Shown: one piece after another, positions 25,978 to 36,285 of the stretch
Numbering within the stretch: the stretch's first letter is position 1
How the letters are laid out: every line of letters begins with the position of its first letter
Assembly (NCBI GenBank): GCA_965227645.1
Contig: OZ245773.1
Coordinates: forward strand, 5,041,242-5,105,241
DNA: 64,000 nucleotides
Reading direction: 5' to 3'
Source: Rhizobiaceae bacterium
GTDB taxonomy: Bacteria; Pseudomonadota; Alphaproteobacteria; Rhizobiales; Rhizobiaceae
The notes under the pieces: generated by a model
What the model was told of the DNA's origin: nothing
The model's database searches: none
What the model saw: the letters and a program-made list of their open reading frames with translations, nothing else
Position numbers and translations under genes: made by a program

Positions 25978-26796
25978 ATGCAATTTTCCCTCGCGACATG
26001 GAACATAAATTCGGTCCGGCTGCGCCTGCCGCTGGTAAAGACGCTGCTCGAAACCGAAGCGCCCGATATTCTCTGTCTGCAGGAAACCAAATGTCCCGAC
26101 GCCAATTTTCCGCTGTCGGAGATCAGGAAGCTCGGTTACGAGCACATCGCCATTCACGGGCAGAAGGGCTATCACGGCGTCGCCATCATCTCGAAACTGC
26201 CGCTTGAGCTTGTTGACCGGATCGGGTTCTGCGATATCGGCGACACGCGGCATATTTCGGCGATCGTCAATGCGCATGGCCGCCGGATCAGAATTCACAA
26301 TTTCTATGTTCCGGCCGGCGGCGACGAGCCCGATCCGGAGATCAATCCGAAATTCGCGCACAAGCTGGCTTTCCTGGAGGAGATGAAGCAGCTTCACTCC
26401 GAGATGGAGCGGGGAGACGGCGTTTCCTCGATTCTCGTCGGCGATCTCAACATCGCTCCGCTGGAGACTGATGTCTGGTCGCACAAGCAGCTCTTGCGCG
26501 TGGTTTCCCATACGCCGGTCGAAACCGAGGGTCTTTTGCAGTTGCAGGAAAGCGGCGGCTGGGTAGACCTCATGCGCCAGCATATTCCGCCGGAAGAAAA
26601 GATTTACACCTGGTGGAGCTACCGGGCGAAGGACTGGGCGCTTGCCGACCGCGGACGCAGGCTGGACCATATCTGGTCTTCAGGCGATCTGTCGCCGCAA
26701 TTGCGCAACATCAGGGTGTTGCGCGATGCGCGCAGCTGGGAGCGCCCGTCGGACCATGTTCCGGTGTTCGCGCATTTCGACATGGCGGGCGCCTGA
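25978..26796 (+). CDS. xthA: Exodeoxyribonuclease III
   Basis: ATWNINSVRLRL...DILCLQETK...GDLNIAP...SDHVPV. Confidence 0.92.
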   Translation: MQFSLATWNINSVRLRLPLVKTLLETEAPDILCLQETKCPDANFPLSEIRKLGYEHIAIHGQKGYHGVAIISKLPLELVDRIGFCDIGDTRHISAIVNAHGRRIRIHNFYVPAGGDEPDPEINPKFAHKLAFLEEMKQLHSEMERGDGVSSILVGDLNIAPLETDVWSHKQLLRVVSHTPVETEGLLQLQESGGWVDLMRQHIPPEEKIYTWWSYRAKDWALADRGRRLDHIWSSGDLSPQLRNIRVLRDARSWERPSDHVPVFAHFDMAGA

Positions 26797-26809
26797 GAAG
26801 CCAGTCGTC

Positions 26810-27283
26810 TCAGCTCTTGCTGTTGTCGTTGTCGAATTGCGGAGACAACGCGTTGATGCTGTGCAGCATGGTCGCCAGGTTGGCGTTGATGCGGCGGCGC
26901 AGAAGCGTCGCGATCTGAGGATACTCCTCCATCATGCGCCGAAACATCGGGCGGCTGATGCGCAGGGTTTCGCTGTCCTCAAGCGCCAGCGCGGTGAGCT
27001 TGCGTTCCGTTGCGGAAATGATGGCGAGTTCGCCGAGCAGATCGCCCGCCATTGCTTCGCCGACCACGCGAGGCTTCCCCTTGCGGTCCTTCCGCGTCAG
27101 CTCGAAACGGCCGGACGCGATCACGAAGGCGCTGTCCGCCGCCGTGCCTTCATGAAACAGGTAGCGATTCTGCTCGATCGTGCGCCGTTCAGATCCGAAA
27201 GCCAGTAGCCGAAGCATTTCCTCGGAGAAACCTTCGAACAAAGGAATCTTGGATAGAAACGCGATTTCGGTATTCAGTGCCAT
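26810..27283 (-). CDS. Cyclic nucleotide-binding domain protein
   Basis: IPLFEGFSEEMLRLLAF...GDLLGELAII...TALALEDSETLRISR is a cNMP-binding (CAP effector) fold with no DNA-binding domain. Confidence 0.8.
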   Translation of the reverse strand: MALNTEIAFLSKIPLFEGFSEEMLRLLAFGSERRTIEQNRYLFHEGTAADSAFVIASGRFELTRKDRKGKPRVVGEAMAGDLLGELAIISATERKLTALALEDSETLRISRPMFRRMMEEYPQIATLLRRRINANLATMLHSINALSPQFDNDNSKS

Positions 27284-27359
27284 GCGTGTCGCTCACCCCC
27301 GGCTTCCGGATATACGAGCCGCGAACCGGATTGGCAAACTGCTTGCTCACGATATCCAC

Positions 27360-28043
27360 TCACGGAATGATCTTATATCCGCCGCTTTCGGTGACAAGAA
27401 TTTCCGCATTGGAGGGATCACGTTCGATCTTCTGCCTCAGGCGGTACACGTGGGTTTCCAGCGTGTGGGTGGTTACGCCGGAATTGTAACCCCAGACTTC
27501 CTCCAGCAGAACGTCGCGCGTGACGACTTTTTCGTCGGCGCGGTAGAGGTAGCGGATGATCGCGGATTCCTTTTCAGTCAGGCGAATCTTGCCGCCCTTG
27601 TCGTCGATCAGCAGTTTCTGGCTCGGCTTGAATGTATAGGGGCCGACAGTAAAGGTCGCGTCCTCGCTCTGCTCATGCTGGCGAAGCTGCGCGCGAATGC
27701 GGGCAAGCAGCACTGCGAAGCGGAAGGGCTTCGTCACATAGTCGTTCGCGCCGGCTTCGAGGCCAAGGATCGTGTCGGAGTCGGTGTCGTGGCCCGTCAG
27801 CATGATGATCGGAGCCTTGAATCCGCCCTTGCGCAGGAGCTTGACCGCTTCCCTGCCGTCCATGTCGGGTAGGCCGACATCCATGATCAAAAGGTCGATG
27901 TGATCGTTGCGCGCAGTCTGGACCGCCTTGGCGGCTGTGGTTTCCTGGCTGATGGAAAACTCCTCGTAGAGGGAGAGCTGCTCCACGAGCGTATTTCTCA
28001 GATCGTCGTCATCATCAACGAGAAGTATGGATCTGGCCGTCAT
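27360..28043 (-). CDS. OmpR-family response regulator (CenR/OtpR-like)
   Basis: ILLVDDDDDL...DLLIMDVGLPDMDG receiver domain plus a winged-helix C-terminus LTEKESAIIRYLY...VWGY...HTLETHVYRLRQKI. Confidence 0.85.
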   Translation of the reverse strand: MTARSILLVDDDDDLRNTLVEQLSLYEEFSISQETTAAKAVQTARNDHIDLLIMDVGLPDMDGREAVKLLRKGGFKAPIIMLTGHDTDSDTILGLEAGANDYVTKPFRFAVLLARIRAQLRQHEQSEDATFTVGPYTFKPSQKLLIDDKGGKIRLTEKESAIIRYLYRADEKVVTRDVLLEEVWGYNSGVTTHTLETHVYRLRQKIERDPSNAEILVTESGGYKIIP

Positions 28044-28166
28044 TCACTACCTCCAATGCGGTCGCAACCTGCGTCTGGACCGTTACATAGGACCTGTCTG
28101 CCTCCAGAAAAGGACTGAAGAAGCAAAAGCATCTCTATACCGCAGCGCAAAAAAACGCTTAGTTAC

Positions 28167-28772
28167 ATGGATTGCAGGCATATTTGTGATCCGAAGGCGC
28201 ATAATAGAATCATGATTAACATTGTAATGAGGAATCGCTGCAAAGGCCACGGGATAGAAGCAATTACGGTGCGCGGCCTTCCGGGAGACGACGACCGGGC
28301 GCTGGTGAACGTTGGAGGACGGGTATTTTCCGCCTCGATGGGTCGATCAGGCCGCGCCCTGCTCAAACGCGAAGGCGACGGCGCCACGCCGATCGCGCGC
28401 ATGTCCCTGCTCTATGGATTCTATCGCGCCGACCGTGTGCCAAGACCACGCACGAGCCTTGTCATGAAGCCGATCACGTCGTCTCTCGGCTGGTGCGATG
28501 ACAGCGGCAATCCGTCCTACAATCGGCCGGTCACGCTCCCCTTTAACGGCGGATGCGAGCAGATGATGCGCGATGACAATCTCTACGACATATGCCTGGT
28601 GATGGACTGGAATGTGCGGGAGCGGCGCAGGAACATGGGCAGCGCCATCTTCTTCCACCTGAAAGCCGATCCGGAACGGCCGACCGAAGGCTGTATCGCG
28701 ATCGGCCAGCGCGACATGGTGTGGATGCTCGAGCGCGTGCACCGCGGAACGGCGGTCATCGTCACGCCCTGA
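28167..28772 (+). CDS. L,D-transpeptidase (YkuD) catalytic-domain protein
   Basis: SAIFFHLKADPERPTEGCIAI contains the H...(S/T)xGC motif. The start is uncertain (ATG 28167 or ATG 28212). Confidence 0.7.
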   Translation: MDCRHICDPKAHNRIMINIVMRNRCKGHGIEAITVRGLPGDDDRALVNVGGRVFSASMGRSGRALLKREGDGATPIARMSLLYGFYRADRVPRPRTSLVMKPITSSLGWCDDSGNPSYNRPVTLPFNGGCEQMMRDDNLYDICLVMDWNVRERRRNMGSAIFFHLKADPERPTEGCIAIGQRDMVWMLERVHRGTAVIVTP

Positions 28773-28778
28773 CGGGCT

Positions 28779-29186
28779 CTAAACCCCGAACCAGCCGATG
28801 ATCGCGCCCATTGCGACGAGCACCAGCAGCCAGTGCAGGCCGTCGATCATCGTCAGATCCCAGTTGAAGCCCTGGTATCGGTGATTGACGATCATCGTCA
28901 TGAGCACAAAGCCCAGCCAGATGAAAAAGGCCGACACGACGCCGTTCCAAAGCGTCACCTGCCCGTCGCCGAGATGACCGATCACGCCGGCGAGAAAGAA
29001 CGCCATCACCAGTTCGCTCAGAATGGAGATCACAAACAGCATGGGCGACATTCTGGCGTCCTTGGGATCGATCCGCGCCGCTTTCATCCACGGTTTTCCG
29101 AGCACGCCATAATAGGCGCCGCCGATCAGAAACGCCGCGACGGTCGCGACCAGAATTGCGAGATAGTTCATGCCGGCGAACACCAT
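28779..29186 (-). CDS. DUF1761-family membrane protein
   Basis: Four TM helices. YYGVLGKPWMKA is typical of DUF1761. ATG 29186 follows CAGGAG. Confidence 0.65.
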   Translation of the reverse strand: MVFAGMNYLAILVATVAAFLIGGAYYGVLGKPWMKAARIDPKDARMSPMLFVISILSELVMAFFLAGVIGHLGDGQVTLWNGVVSAFFIWLGFVLMTMIVNHRYQGFNWDLTMIDGLHWLLVLVAMGAIIGWFGV

Positions 29187-29255
29187 GACGAAACTCCTGA
29201 TCCATTGTGCGTCCGGCATACATTATAGACTGCGAGACCAACCGGGCGCCACCGT

Positions 29256-29897
29256 TCAGGAATATCGCCAGACATTCGTCTTCTTGACGTCCTGATCCTC
29301 CAGTTCGCGACTGACGGGGACCGCGTATGTGGCCAGCAGCGTGAGCCTGTCGACCGGACAATAGGCCCGTTTCGGATCGCCGATCAACACGCGCGCGCCA
29401 CGCGCGGCGAGCGTCGCGAACCAGGGCACAAGCTGGTCGGCCATCGCCTTTTCATAGAACACGTCGCCGGCAAGGATCACGTCCCAGCCTCCATCGGTTC
29501 CGGCGATATCGCCCTTTTGGATATCGAAGGACACATCATTGAGCGCGGCGTTGATGGTCATTGCTTCACAGGCCCAGGCGTCGATTTCGCATGCGGTTAC
29601 GGTCCTTGCGCCCCCCATTGCGGCGGCGATCGCCACCAGGCCCGATCCGCTGGCGAAATCGAGTACTGACAATCCCGCCACGCAGTCGGGATTGTCGAGG
29701 ATATGGCGCGCCAGGCCCTGGCCGCCGGCCCAGGCGAAGGCCCAGTAGGGCGGCGGCAGACCGGCCGCTTCCAGCTCTTCTTCCGTCTTGTACCAGAGAT
29801 CGAAGGCTTCGGTTGCGACACGCAGGGCGATTTCCGGCACATGCGGCGGCCGAACAACCCCAGTGTTGTCGAGAATGAACTGCCGCCGATCCTTCAC
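29256..29897 (-). CDS. Class I SAM-dependent methyltransferase (PrmA/Methyltransf_16-like)
   Basis: VLDFASGSGLVAIAAAMGGA (motif I), VTACEIDAWA, ILAGDVFYEK. GTG start. Confidence 0.75.
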   Translation of the reverse strand: MKDRRQFILDNTGVVRPPHVPEIALRVATEAFDLWYKTEEELEAAGLPPPYWAFAWAGGQGLARHILDNPDCVAGLSVLDFASGSGLVAIAAAMGGARTVTACEIDAWACEAMTINAALNDVSFDIQKGDIAGTDGGWDVILAGDVFYEKAMADQLVPWFATLAARGARVLIGDPKRAYCPVDRLTLLATYAVPVSRELEDQDVKKTNVWRYS

Positions 29898-29918
29898 AAT
29901 CGCATTGCGCTCCGGGCG

Positions 29919-30347
29919 CTATTTCGGAGGGTTATCCAGCCCGCCCATACGGCAGACTTCCAGATATTCCTCTTCCGTCACCGGCTGCACCGAAAGCCGC
30001 GTCGATTTCACGAGCGCCATCTCGGCCAGATTCGGATTGGCCTTGACGTCTTGCAGGGTGACAGGCTTCGGCATGTCGCAGACGGCCTTTATGTCGACGC
30101 ATTCCCAACGCTCGTCGTCCGTGGTGGAATCGGGATGGATTTCCGCGCAGACCTCAACGACGCCGACCACTTCAAGTCCTTCGTTGGAATGATAGAAAAA
30201 GCCCTTGTCGCCGATTTTCATGGCGCGCATGTTGTTTCGCGCCTGATAATTGCGGATCCCGTCCCACTCTTCCCCGGCGTCGCCCTTCGCTTTCTGCATG
30301 TCCCAGGACCATTTGAAGGGTTCGGATTTGAACAGCCAGTACGCCAT
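29919..30347 (-). CDS. EVE (PUA-like) domain protein
   Basis: MAYWLFKSEPFKWSW...WDGIRNYQARNNMRAMKIGDKGFFYHSN. Confidence 0.85.
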   Translation of the reverse strand: MAYWLFKSEPFKWSWDMQKAKGDAGEEWDGIRNYQARNNMRAMKIGDKGFFYHSNEGLEVVGVVEVCAEIHPDSTTDDERWECVDIKAVCDMPKPVTLQDVKANPNLAEMALVKSTRLSVQPVTEEEYLEVCRMGGLDNPPK

Positions 30348-30355
30348 TTAAGGAT

Positions 30356-30649
30356 CTAAGCCTCCGGATTGTTGAAGACCCAGTTATAGGGTCTGATGTC
30401 GACGGTTTCGAAGAGACCAGCCTTTGCGTAGGGGTCGCCGTCGGCGACAGCCTTCGCGGCGTCTGCGTCCTCCGCCTTAATGATCAGAAGGCTCCCGCAC
30501 GGCTTGCCGTCCGAATCAAGAAAGGGCCCTGCGATTTTCAGCACGCCGCTCTGCTTCAGTCCGTCGAGATAGGCGACATGGTCGGGCCGCGTTTCCATTC
30601 TCAACTCGAGATGATCGGGTTTGTCGTTGCAGATCAGGGCATAAAACAT
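30356..30649 (-). CDS. YciI family protein
   Basis: RPDHVAYLDGL...GPFLD...GSLLIIKAEDADAAKAVADGDPY. Confidence 0.85.
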   Translation of the reverse strand: MFYALICNDKPDHLELRMETRPDHVAYLDGLKQSGVLKIAGPFLDSDGKPCGSLLIIKAEDADAAKAVADGDPYAKAGLFETVDIRPYNWVFNNPEA

Positions 30650-30663
30650 GATGTCCTCTTTCT

Positions 30664-31659
30664 CTATTCTGTTTCTGAAGTCAGGGGTCGCGTCATCAGC
30701 GCTTCGATCGCCCTGCCGACATCGATTTCTGAGCGCAGAATGGCCGCCACCGCCGCCGTTATCGGCATGACGATATTCTTGCGCGCTGCTATGCCCGCGG
30801 CAATGTCGGCCGTATAGGCGCCTTCGGCAAGCGGTTTTCCAGGGGCCAGCAGCATGGCTGGATCCTCGCCGCGACCAAGCGCGAGCCCGAATCGCATATT
30901 GCGCGACTGATGGCTCGTCGCCGTCAGCACCAGGTCGCCGAGACCGGACAGTCCAGCGACGGTCTCCTGTTTTCCACCATGGGCGGCGGCGAAACGCCCA
31001 AGTTCCGCCAGTCCCCTGGCGATCAGCGCCGCCCGCGCCGAATCCCCGAGACCGCGTCCTTCCACAACGCCGCAGGCGATCGCCAGAACGTTCTTCAGCG
31101 CGCCGCCGATTTGCACGCCCGCAAGGTCTGTGGACGAATACAGTCGAAACATCTCGCCTGACAGTGATTGTGCAATGGATTCAGCTTTTTGCGCGTCAGC
31201 GCAGGCAAGCGTTAACGCTGTGGGCAACCTGTGGACAATGTCCGCCGCGAAGGCCGGTCCGGAAAGAACGGCGATCGCATGCCCCGCAGTCTCTTCTTTC
31301 GTCACGTCGCTCAACAGCATGCCGGTGTTCGCCTCCAGCCCCTTGGCGCAGACGGCCAGATCGGCGTTCGGGGCGAGGTGTGGCGCGTAGGTTCGCAATG
31401 CTGCGCGCAACGACTGCGACGGGACGGCGAGGAGAACCAGCTCGGCGCCGGCGAGGCGCGCCGGATCCGCCGTCGGCTGGACGTTTTGCGGAATTTCCGC
31501 GTCGTCCGGCAACGACGGATGGCGGCGCGTGTTGCCGATCGCGGCGATTTTCTTTGCATCGCGACCGAGCAGGGTCACGTCCGCTCCGCGCCGGGCCACG
31601 ACGCAGGCCAGCGCGGTCCCGAAGGCTCCGGCCCCGATGACGGCGAGTGTTGCTGTCAT
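30664..31659 (-). CDS. gpsA: NAD(P)H-dependent glycerol-3-phosphate dehydrogenase
   Basis: [12 protein letters not shown] Rossmann motif, [17 protein letters not shown]. Confidence 0.92.
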   Translation of the reverse strand: MTATLAVIGAGAFGTALACVVARRGADVTLLGRDAKKIAAIGNTRRHPSLPDDAEIPQNVQPTADPARLAGAELVLLAVPSQSLRAALRTYAPHLAPNADLAVCAKGLEANTGMLLSDVTKEETAGHAIAVLSGPAFAADIVHRLPTALTLACADAQKAESIAQSLSGEMFRLYSSTDLAGVQIGGALKNVLAIACGVVEGRGLGDSARAALIARGLAELGRFAAAHGGKQETVAGLSGLGDLVLTATSHQSRNMRFGLALGRGEDPAMLLAPGKPLAEGAYTADIAAGIAARKNIVMPITAAVAAILRSEIDVGRAIEALMTRPLTSETE

Positions 31660-32750
31660 GCCTTGGCGCCCCTCTTGCCGTGACCAATGACGGTTGCAGA
31701 CACCGTGTCGAGCGGCCAGCGCGGACGCGGCGCCGTCTCGAGCGAATCCGCCTCCAGACCAGCCGCCATCCGCTCGGCGGCGGCCCAGGCGATCATGACC
31801 GCGTTGTCAGTGCACAGATTCAGCGGCGGCGCTATGAAGCCGAAACCGTTTTTTGTGCAAAGGGTTTCAAGCGCGGCGCGAATGGCTGCATTCGCCGCCA
31901 CGCCGCCGGCGACGACGAGCTGCGGCGTCCGGTCCGTCGTTCCGACTTCCCGATGAAAGCGATCGAGCGCCCGCCCGACCCTTTCGGTGAGCGTATCGAC
32001 GATTGCAGTCTGGAATGAGGCGCAGATGTCGTCGATATCAGTTTCGTCCAGCGGCGCATTGCGTTCCGCGGTCTGCCTGACAGCCGTCTTCAGTCCTGAG
32101 AAGGAGAAGTCCAGCCGGCTTTCCCCGCGCAACGGGGTCGGCAGATCAAAGCGCTTTCCATCGCCGGCGCTGGCGGCTTTTTCCACCGCAGGACCACCCG
32201 GATAGGGTAGCCCCAGAAGCTTGGCCGTCTTGTCGAACGCTTCCCCCAGCGCATCGTCGATGGTCGTGCCCCAGCGCTGGTAGTCTCCGACGCCGCGCAC
32301 GAGAACCATCTGCGTGTGTCCGCCGGAGACGAGCAGCAGCAGATACGGAAAGTCGAGACCGTTCGTCAGCCGCGCCGTCAGCGCATGGCCTTCCAGATGA
32401 TTGATGGTGTAGAGGGGTTTGCGGCTCGTCGCGGCGATTGCCTTGGCGGTCATCAATCCGACGATGAGGCCGCCGATCAGACCAGGTCCCGAGGTCGCAG
32501 CAATCGCATCGAGGTCGCGCAATTCTACGCCGGCGTCGTCGAGCGCCTGACGAATCAAGCCGTCGAGAACCTCCACATGGGCGCGGGCCGCGATCTCCGG
32601 AACCACGCCGCCATAGACTGCGTGTTCCTCGAGCTGGCTGAAGACCACATTGGAAAGAATAGCGCCGCCGTCAGAATCGCGACGCACCACAGCGGCGGCC
32701 GTTTCGTCGCAGCTCGTCTCGATTCCCAGAATCAGTGTCTTGGCCGGCAT
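31656..32750 (-). CDS. tsaD: tRNA N6-adenosine threonylcarbamoyltransferase
   Basis: [15 protein letters not shown]...INHLEGHAL...LLVSGGHTQ...VVAGGVAAN. Confidence 0.93.
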   Translation of the reverse strand: MPAKTLILGIETSCDETAAAVVRRDSDGGAILSNVVFSQLEEHAVYGGVVPEIAARAHVEVLDGLIRQALDDAGVELRDLDAIAATSGPGLIGGLIVGLMTAKAIAATSRKPLYTINHLEGHALTARLTNGLDFPYLLLLVSGGHTQMVLVRGVGDYQRWGTTIDDALGEAFDKTAKLLGLPYPGGPAVEKAASAGDGKRFDLPTPLRGESRLDFSFSGLKTAVRQTAERNAPLDETDIDDICASFQTAIVDTLTERVGRALDRFHREVGTTDRTPQLVVAGGVAANAAIRAALETLCTKNGFGFIAPPLNLCTDNAVMIAWAAAERMAAGLEADSLETAPRPRWPLDTVSATVIGHGKRGAKA

Positions 32751-32818
32751 GGTCGCGATATTTGCAGTTGTCGGAATTCGGCGTTACCTGTGCTTCTGGT
32801 AATTGTGGAAAAACATAT

Positions 32819-33748
32819 ATGCAAACAAAACCTTTGCGCATCGGCACCAGAGGCAGCCCGCTCGCCCTTGCCCAGGCCCACGAGACCAGAGACCGCCTGA
32901 TGGCGGCCCACGGTCTTCCGGAACAAGCTTTCGCCATCGATGTCATATCGACCCAGGGCGACAGGGTGACCGACCGGCCGCTTTCCGAAATCGGCGGAAA
33001 GGGATTGTTCACGGAGGAAATCGAGGCGCGGCTTTCCGACGGGTCCATCGATATCGCCGTGCATTCCTCCAAGGATATGCCGACCGTGCTTCCGGACGGC
33101 CTGGACCTGACCGCCTTCCTGCCGCGCGAAGACGTCCGCGACGCCTTCATAGGCCGATCGGCGGGCGCGATCCGCGATCTTCCGCGCGGTTCCACGATCG
33201 GCTCGTCCTCCCTGCGTCGGCAGGCGCTCGTTCGGCATTTGCGGCCGGACGTCAACGTCATTCCGTTTCGCGGCAATGTTCAGACGCGATTGCGCAAGCT
33301 GGAGGAAGGTCAGGTCGACGGCACGCTGCTTGCCTGCGCCGGGCTGAAACGGCTCGGCATGGAGCATGTCGCCACCGACGTCATGGAGAGCGATGATTTT
33401 CTGCCGGCGCTTGGTCAGGGCGCGATCTGCATCGAAAGCCGCAGCGACGACGCGGCGACACTGGAGCTTCTCGCCGCGATCAATCATAGCGACACGCAGG
33501 TTGAACTCCTGTGCGAACGCGCCTTTCTCGCTACCCTGGACGGTTCCTGCCGGACCCCGATCGCCGGGCTTGCGCGCGTCGCCGGGCAAGCTTTGAGCTT
33601 TCGCGGCATGGTTCTGTCGCCAGACGGGCAGTCCCGTCACGATGCTTCTGTCGAAGGATCGATCGCGGATGCGCAAGCCCTGGGCCGGGACGCCGGTGAG
33701 CGGATTCGCAAAGAGGCTGGCTCCGGCTTCTTCGCCGATTGGGGATGA
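32819..33748 (+). CDS. hemC: Hydroxymethylbilane synthase (porphobilinogen deaminase)
   Basis: [15 protein letters not shown]...[11 protein letters not shown]...[11 protein letters not shown]...GSCRTPIAG. Confidence 0.93.
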   Translation: MQTKPLRIGTRGSPLALAQAHETRDRLMAAHGLPEQAFAIDVISTQGDRVTDRPLSEIGGKGLFTEEIEARLSDGSIDIAVHSSKDMPTVLPDGLDLTAFLPREDVRDAFIGRSAGAIRDLPRGSTIGSSSLRRQALVRHLRPDVNVIPFRGNVQTRLRKLEEGQVDGTLLACAGLKRLGMEHVATDVMESDDFLPALGQGAICIESRSDDAATLELLAAINHSDTQVELLCERAFLATLDGSCRTPIAGLARVAGQALSFRGMVLSPDGQSRHDASVEGSIADAQALGRDAGERIRKEAGSGFFADWG

Positions 33749-33752
33749 CGCC

Positions 33753-34508
33753 ATGCGGGTTCTGATAACGCGTCCGGAGCCGGGCGCCGCCAGGACCGCT
33801 GACCGGCTGCGTTTCCTTGGTCATGAGCCGGTCATGCTGCCGCTGACCAGAACCGTCGGACGTCGGGACGGTCTTCTTCGCCTCGAGTCACAGAATGCGG
33901 GCGCCTTTGCGGCGACCAGCGGCGCCGCGATTCGTCACTGGCGGGAAGCTGGCATTGCGCCAGACAAGTTCCAGACGCCATTCTACGCCGTGGGAGCCGC
34001 GACCGGAGAGGCCGCTCTCCAGGCCGGGTTCAGCACTGTTCATCCCGGATCCGCCGACGCCGCGGCCCTGGCGTCCACAATCGTTGCGGATTATCGCAGC
34101 GGCCGCCTGCCTGTCACGCAATCGCGGCCGCTCGTCTATCTGGCGGGCGCAACCCGAAAGAATACGTTCGAGGCAGATCTTGCCGCGGCGTCGGTGCCGT
34201 TCGAGACGGTTGAAATCTACGAAATCGACAAAATAAGTCATTCAACTGACTATTTACGAAGCGTATTCGTCGACGATCCTGTCGACGCGGTTTTGTTCTA
34301 CTCCGGCGTGGCCGCATCCTGCTTCTTCGATATGGCGATGGACCCGAAATTTGTTAAGGCGTTGAATACCATGCACTATGTTTGCATGGGGTCGTCCATT
34401 CTCGACGCAGTTCCCGAAGCATTCTCCGCGCAATCCGCTGTCGCGGAGCAGCCGGACGAACCCTCTCTGTTTGAGCTCCTGGACCGCATTGCGCAGGATA
34501 AAATCTGA
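33753..34508 (+). CDS. hemD: Uroporphyrinogen-III synthase
   Basis: MRVLITRPEP..., about 250 aa, directly after hemC. Confidence 0.8.
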   Translation: MRVLITRPEPGAARTADRLRFLGHEPVMLPLTRTVGRRDGLLRLESQNAGAFAATSGAAIRHWREAGIAPDKFQTPFYAVGAATGEAALQAGFSTVHPGSADAAALASTIVADYRSGRLPVTQSRPLVYLAGATRKNTFEADLAAASVPFETVEIYEIDKISHSTDYLRSVFVDDPVDAVLFYSGVAASCFFDMAMDPKFVKALNTMHYVCMGSSILDAVPEAFSAQSAVAEQPDEPSLFELLDRIAQDKI

Positions 34509-34628
34509 TTTCGGCCCAAAACGGCTTTCCCGCGTCATTGCGCCGTTTTAGCTTCTGATACAGGTTGACGACGCGCCAGATTCTCCGGGCGCGGTGTCCA
34601 GGCGTCATCTTGCAGGAAAGAATCCCAA

Positions 34629-36284
34629 ATGGCACAGAGCAGCAAACCCAGGCATTCGAAAACGACGAAGAAGCCGGTCACGATCGATCTCGCGCCGGAG
34701 TCGGTGAAGTCCGGGGAGACCGGCTCCTCCTCGAAAGCCGCCTCTTCGGCGGCGACCGGTACAGGCGCTCCATCCGCCTCGACCAGCCCGAAACCGTCCG
34801 CCGCCCCTTCGTCCTCGACAGCGGGGACTACGAAGGCGGAAGCTGAAAAGCCGGAAACCGGCGCGACGAAAGCTGCCGGCGACAAGCCGGAATCAAAGCC
34901 TGCAAACGTCGCGAAAGACAACGCCAAACCCGCTGCGGCCGCATCCGAAACCAAGGCGGGCGCATCAGGTTCGGCGCGCCCGACGCAGGATGCAACGCCG
35001 CGCTCTGCCCCGACTGGACCGAAAATAGGCGCCTCTGGGTCCTCCGCTTCATCCGCGAAGTCCTCCGCCGCCTCGTCCGGCGCGCCTCCGTCAAGCGCTG
35101 CGGCGCCGGCCAGGAAAGAAAAATCCGGCGGTTCGGGCGCGCTCCTGGCCGGGCTCATTGGCGGGCTTGTGGTTCTCGTTCTCGGCGGCGCGCTGATCTG
35201 GTCGGGCCTCCTTTCGGGCGGCGGTTCGCCGACCGGCGCCGCCGGTTCGGATCTGGAGGATATGCGCAAGGCGATTTCCGATTTCGAGGATCAGGCGAAT
35301 TCGCAGATTTCCGGACTTGCCAAATCAATGGAGGACCGGATCGCTTCGCTGGAGCAAACCACCGCCGCCCCGTCGACCGACAATAGCGACCAGCTCCAGG
35401 CGCTGCAGAAGCAGATCGCCGATCTGTCCTCGCGCATCGAAAGTCTGGGGACCGGCGACGCCGACGCCGCCTTGAAGACACAGATCAGCGCCCTTGCCAG
35501 CGCGCAGACGCAGTTGCAAACAAGCCTGCAGCAGGTGCAAAGCCAGGCGTCGGCTCTCGCAAGCAAGATCAGCGCGCTGGAAACATCACAGAGCCAGGCG
35601 TCTGAGGCGCTGGACACGCGGCTGGCCTCTGTCGAGAAAACGCTTTCGGGACCGCGCGAGGACATCAAGGTCGCTCGCGCGCTGACGGCCGCCAATCTCA
35701 AGTCGGCGATTGATCGGGGCGGCCCGTTCATGGCTGAGCTCGAAGCCTTTGCAAGCGTCGAGGGCACAAGTTCGTCAGTCGACCAGTTGCGGCCGCTGGC
35801 GGCCAGCGGCGTTCCAACACGGTCGCAGCTCTTGTCGGAGTTTTCTTCCGACGCAAGCCGCATCATCGACGCGGCCGACGGCGCCCCGAAAGATCAGAGT
35901 GTCTGGAACCGTCTGCTCGACAGCGCCTCCTCGGTCGTCACCGTGCGTCCCGTCGGCGAAGTCGCCGGAGATACTCCGGAGGCCATCGTGGCGCGGATCG
36001 AGAACCGTCTGAAGAATGGCGACCTTACGGGCGCCGAGAATGAATGGAATATATTGCCGCAGGGTTCGAAAGACGCGTCGGTCGCCTTCGCGCGGGATCT
36101 GAAGGCGCGTATCGAGGCCAACCAGCTCGTCTCGACGATGCTGTCGGGCGCGTTGCCGGCGGCGGCGGCGTCTCCGCCGCCTGCGGCGTCGACAACCAGC
36201 GAAACCGGCGCGGCAGCCGCGGACGCCGCAGTTCCATCCACGGCGACCGATACGGACGCCGCCAGCACGGAAGGCACGAACTGA
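34629..36284 (+). CDS. Mitofilin/Mic60-like membrane protein (COG4223-type) with a long Ser/Ala/Pro-rich N-terminus
   Basis: Low-complexity N-terminus, one TM helix (LLAGLIGGLVVLVLGGALIW), a coiled-coil Q/L/S-rich middle and a conserved C-terminal block. Sits between hemD and the hemY-like gene. Confidence 0.7.
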   Translation: MAQSSKPRHSKTTKKPVTIDLAPESVKSGETGSSSKAASSAATGTGAPSASTSPKPSAAPSSSTAGTTKAEAEKPETGATKAAGDKPESKPANVAKDNAKPAAAASETKAGASGSARPTQDATPRSAPTGPKIGASGSSASSAKSSAASSGAPPSSAAAPARKEKSGGSGALLAGLIGGLVVLVLGGALIWSGLLSGGGSPTGAAGSDLEDMRKAISDFEDQANSQISGLAKSMEDRIASLEQTTAAPSTDNSDQLQALQKQIADLSSRIESLGTGDADAALKTQISALASAQTQLQTSLQQVQSQASALASKISALETSQSQASEALDTRLASVEKTLSGPREDIKVARALTAANLKSAIDRGGPFMAELEAFASVEGTSSSVDQLRPLAASGVPTRSQLLSEFSSDASRIIDAADGAPKDQSVWNRLLDSASSVVTVRPVGEVAGDTPEAIVARIENRLKNGDLTGAENEWNILPQGSKDASVAFARDLKARIEANQLVSTMLSGALPAAAASPPPAASTTSETGAAAADAAVPSTATDTDAASTEGTN

Positions 36285-36285
36285 G

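Noticed and set aside
28762-29361. 199-aa minus-strand ORF overlapping the DUF1761 gene in another frame
   Set aside because: It is Arg/Gly-rich with no hydrophobic pattern. The alternative frame gives a coherent four-TM DUF1761-like protein with a CAGGAG RBS.
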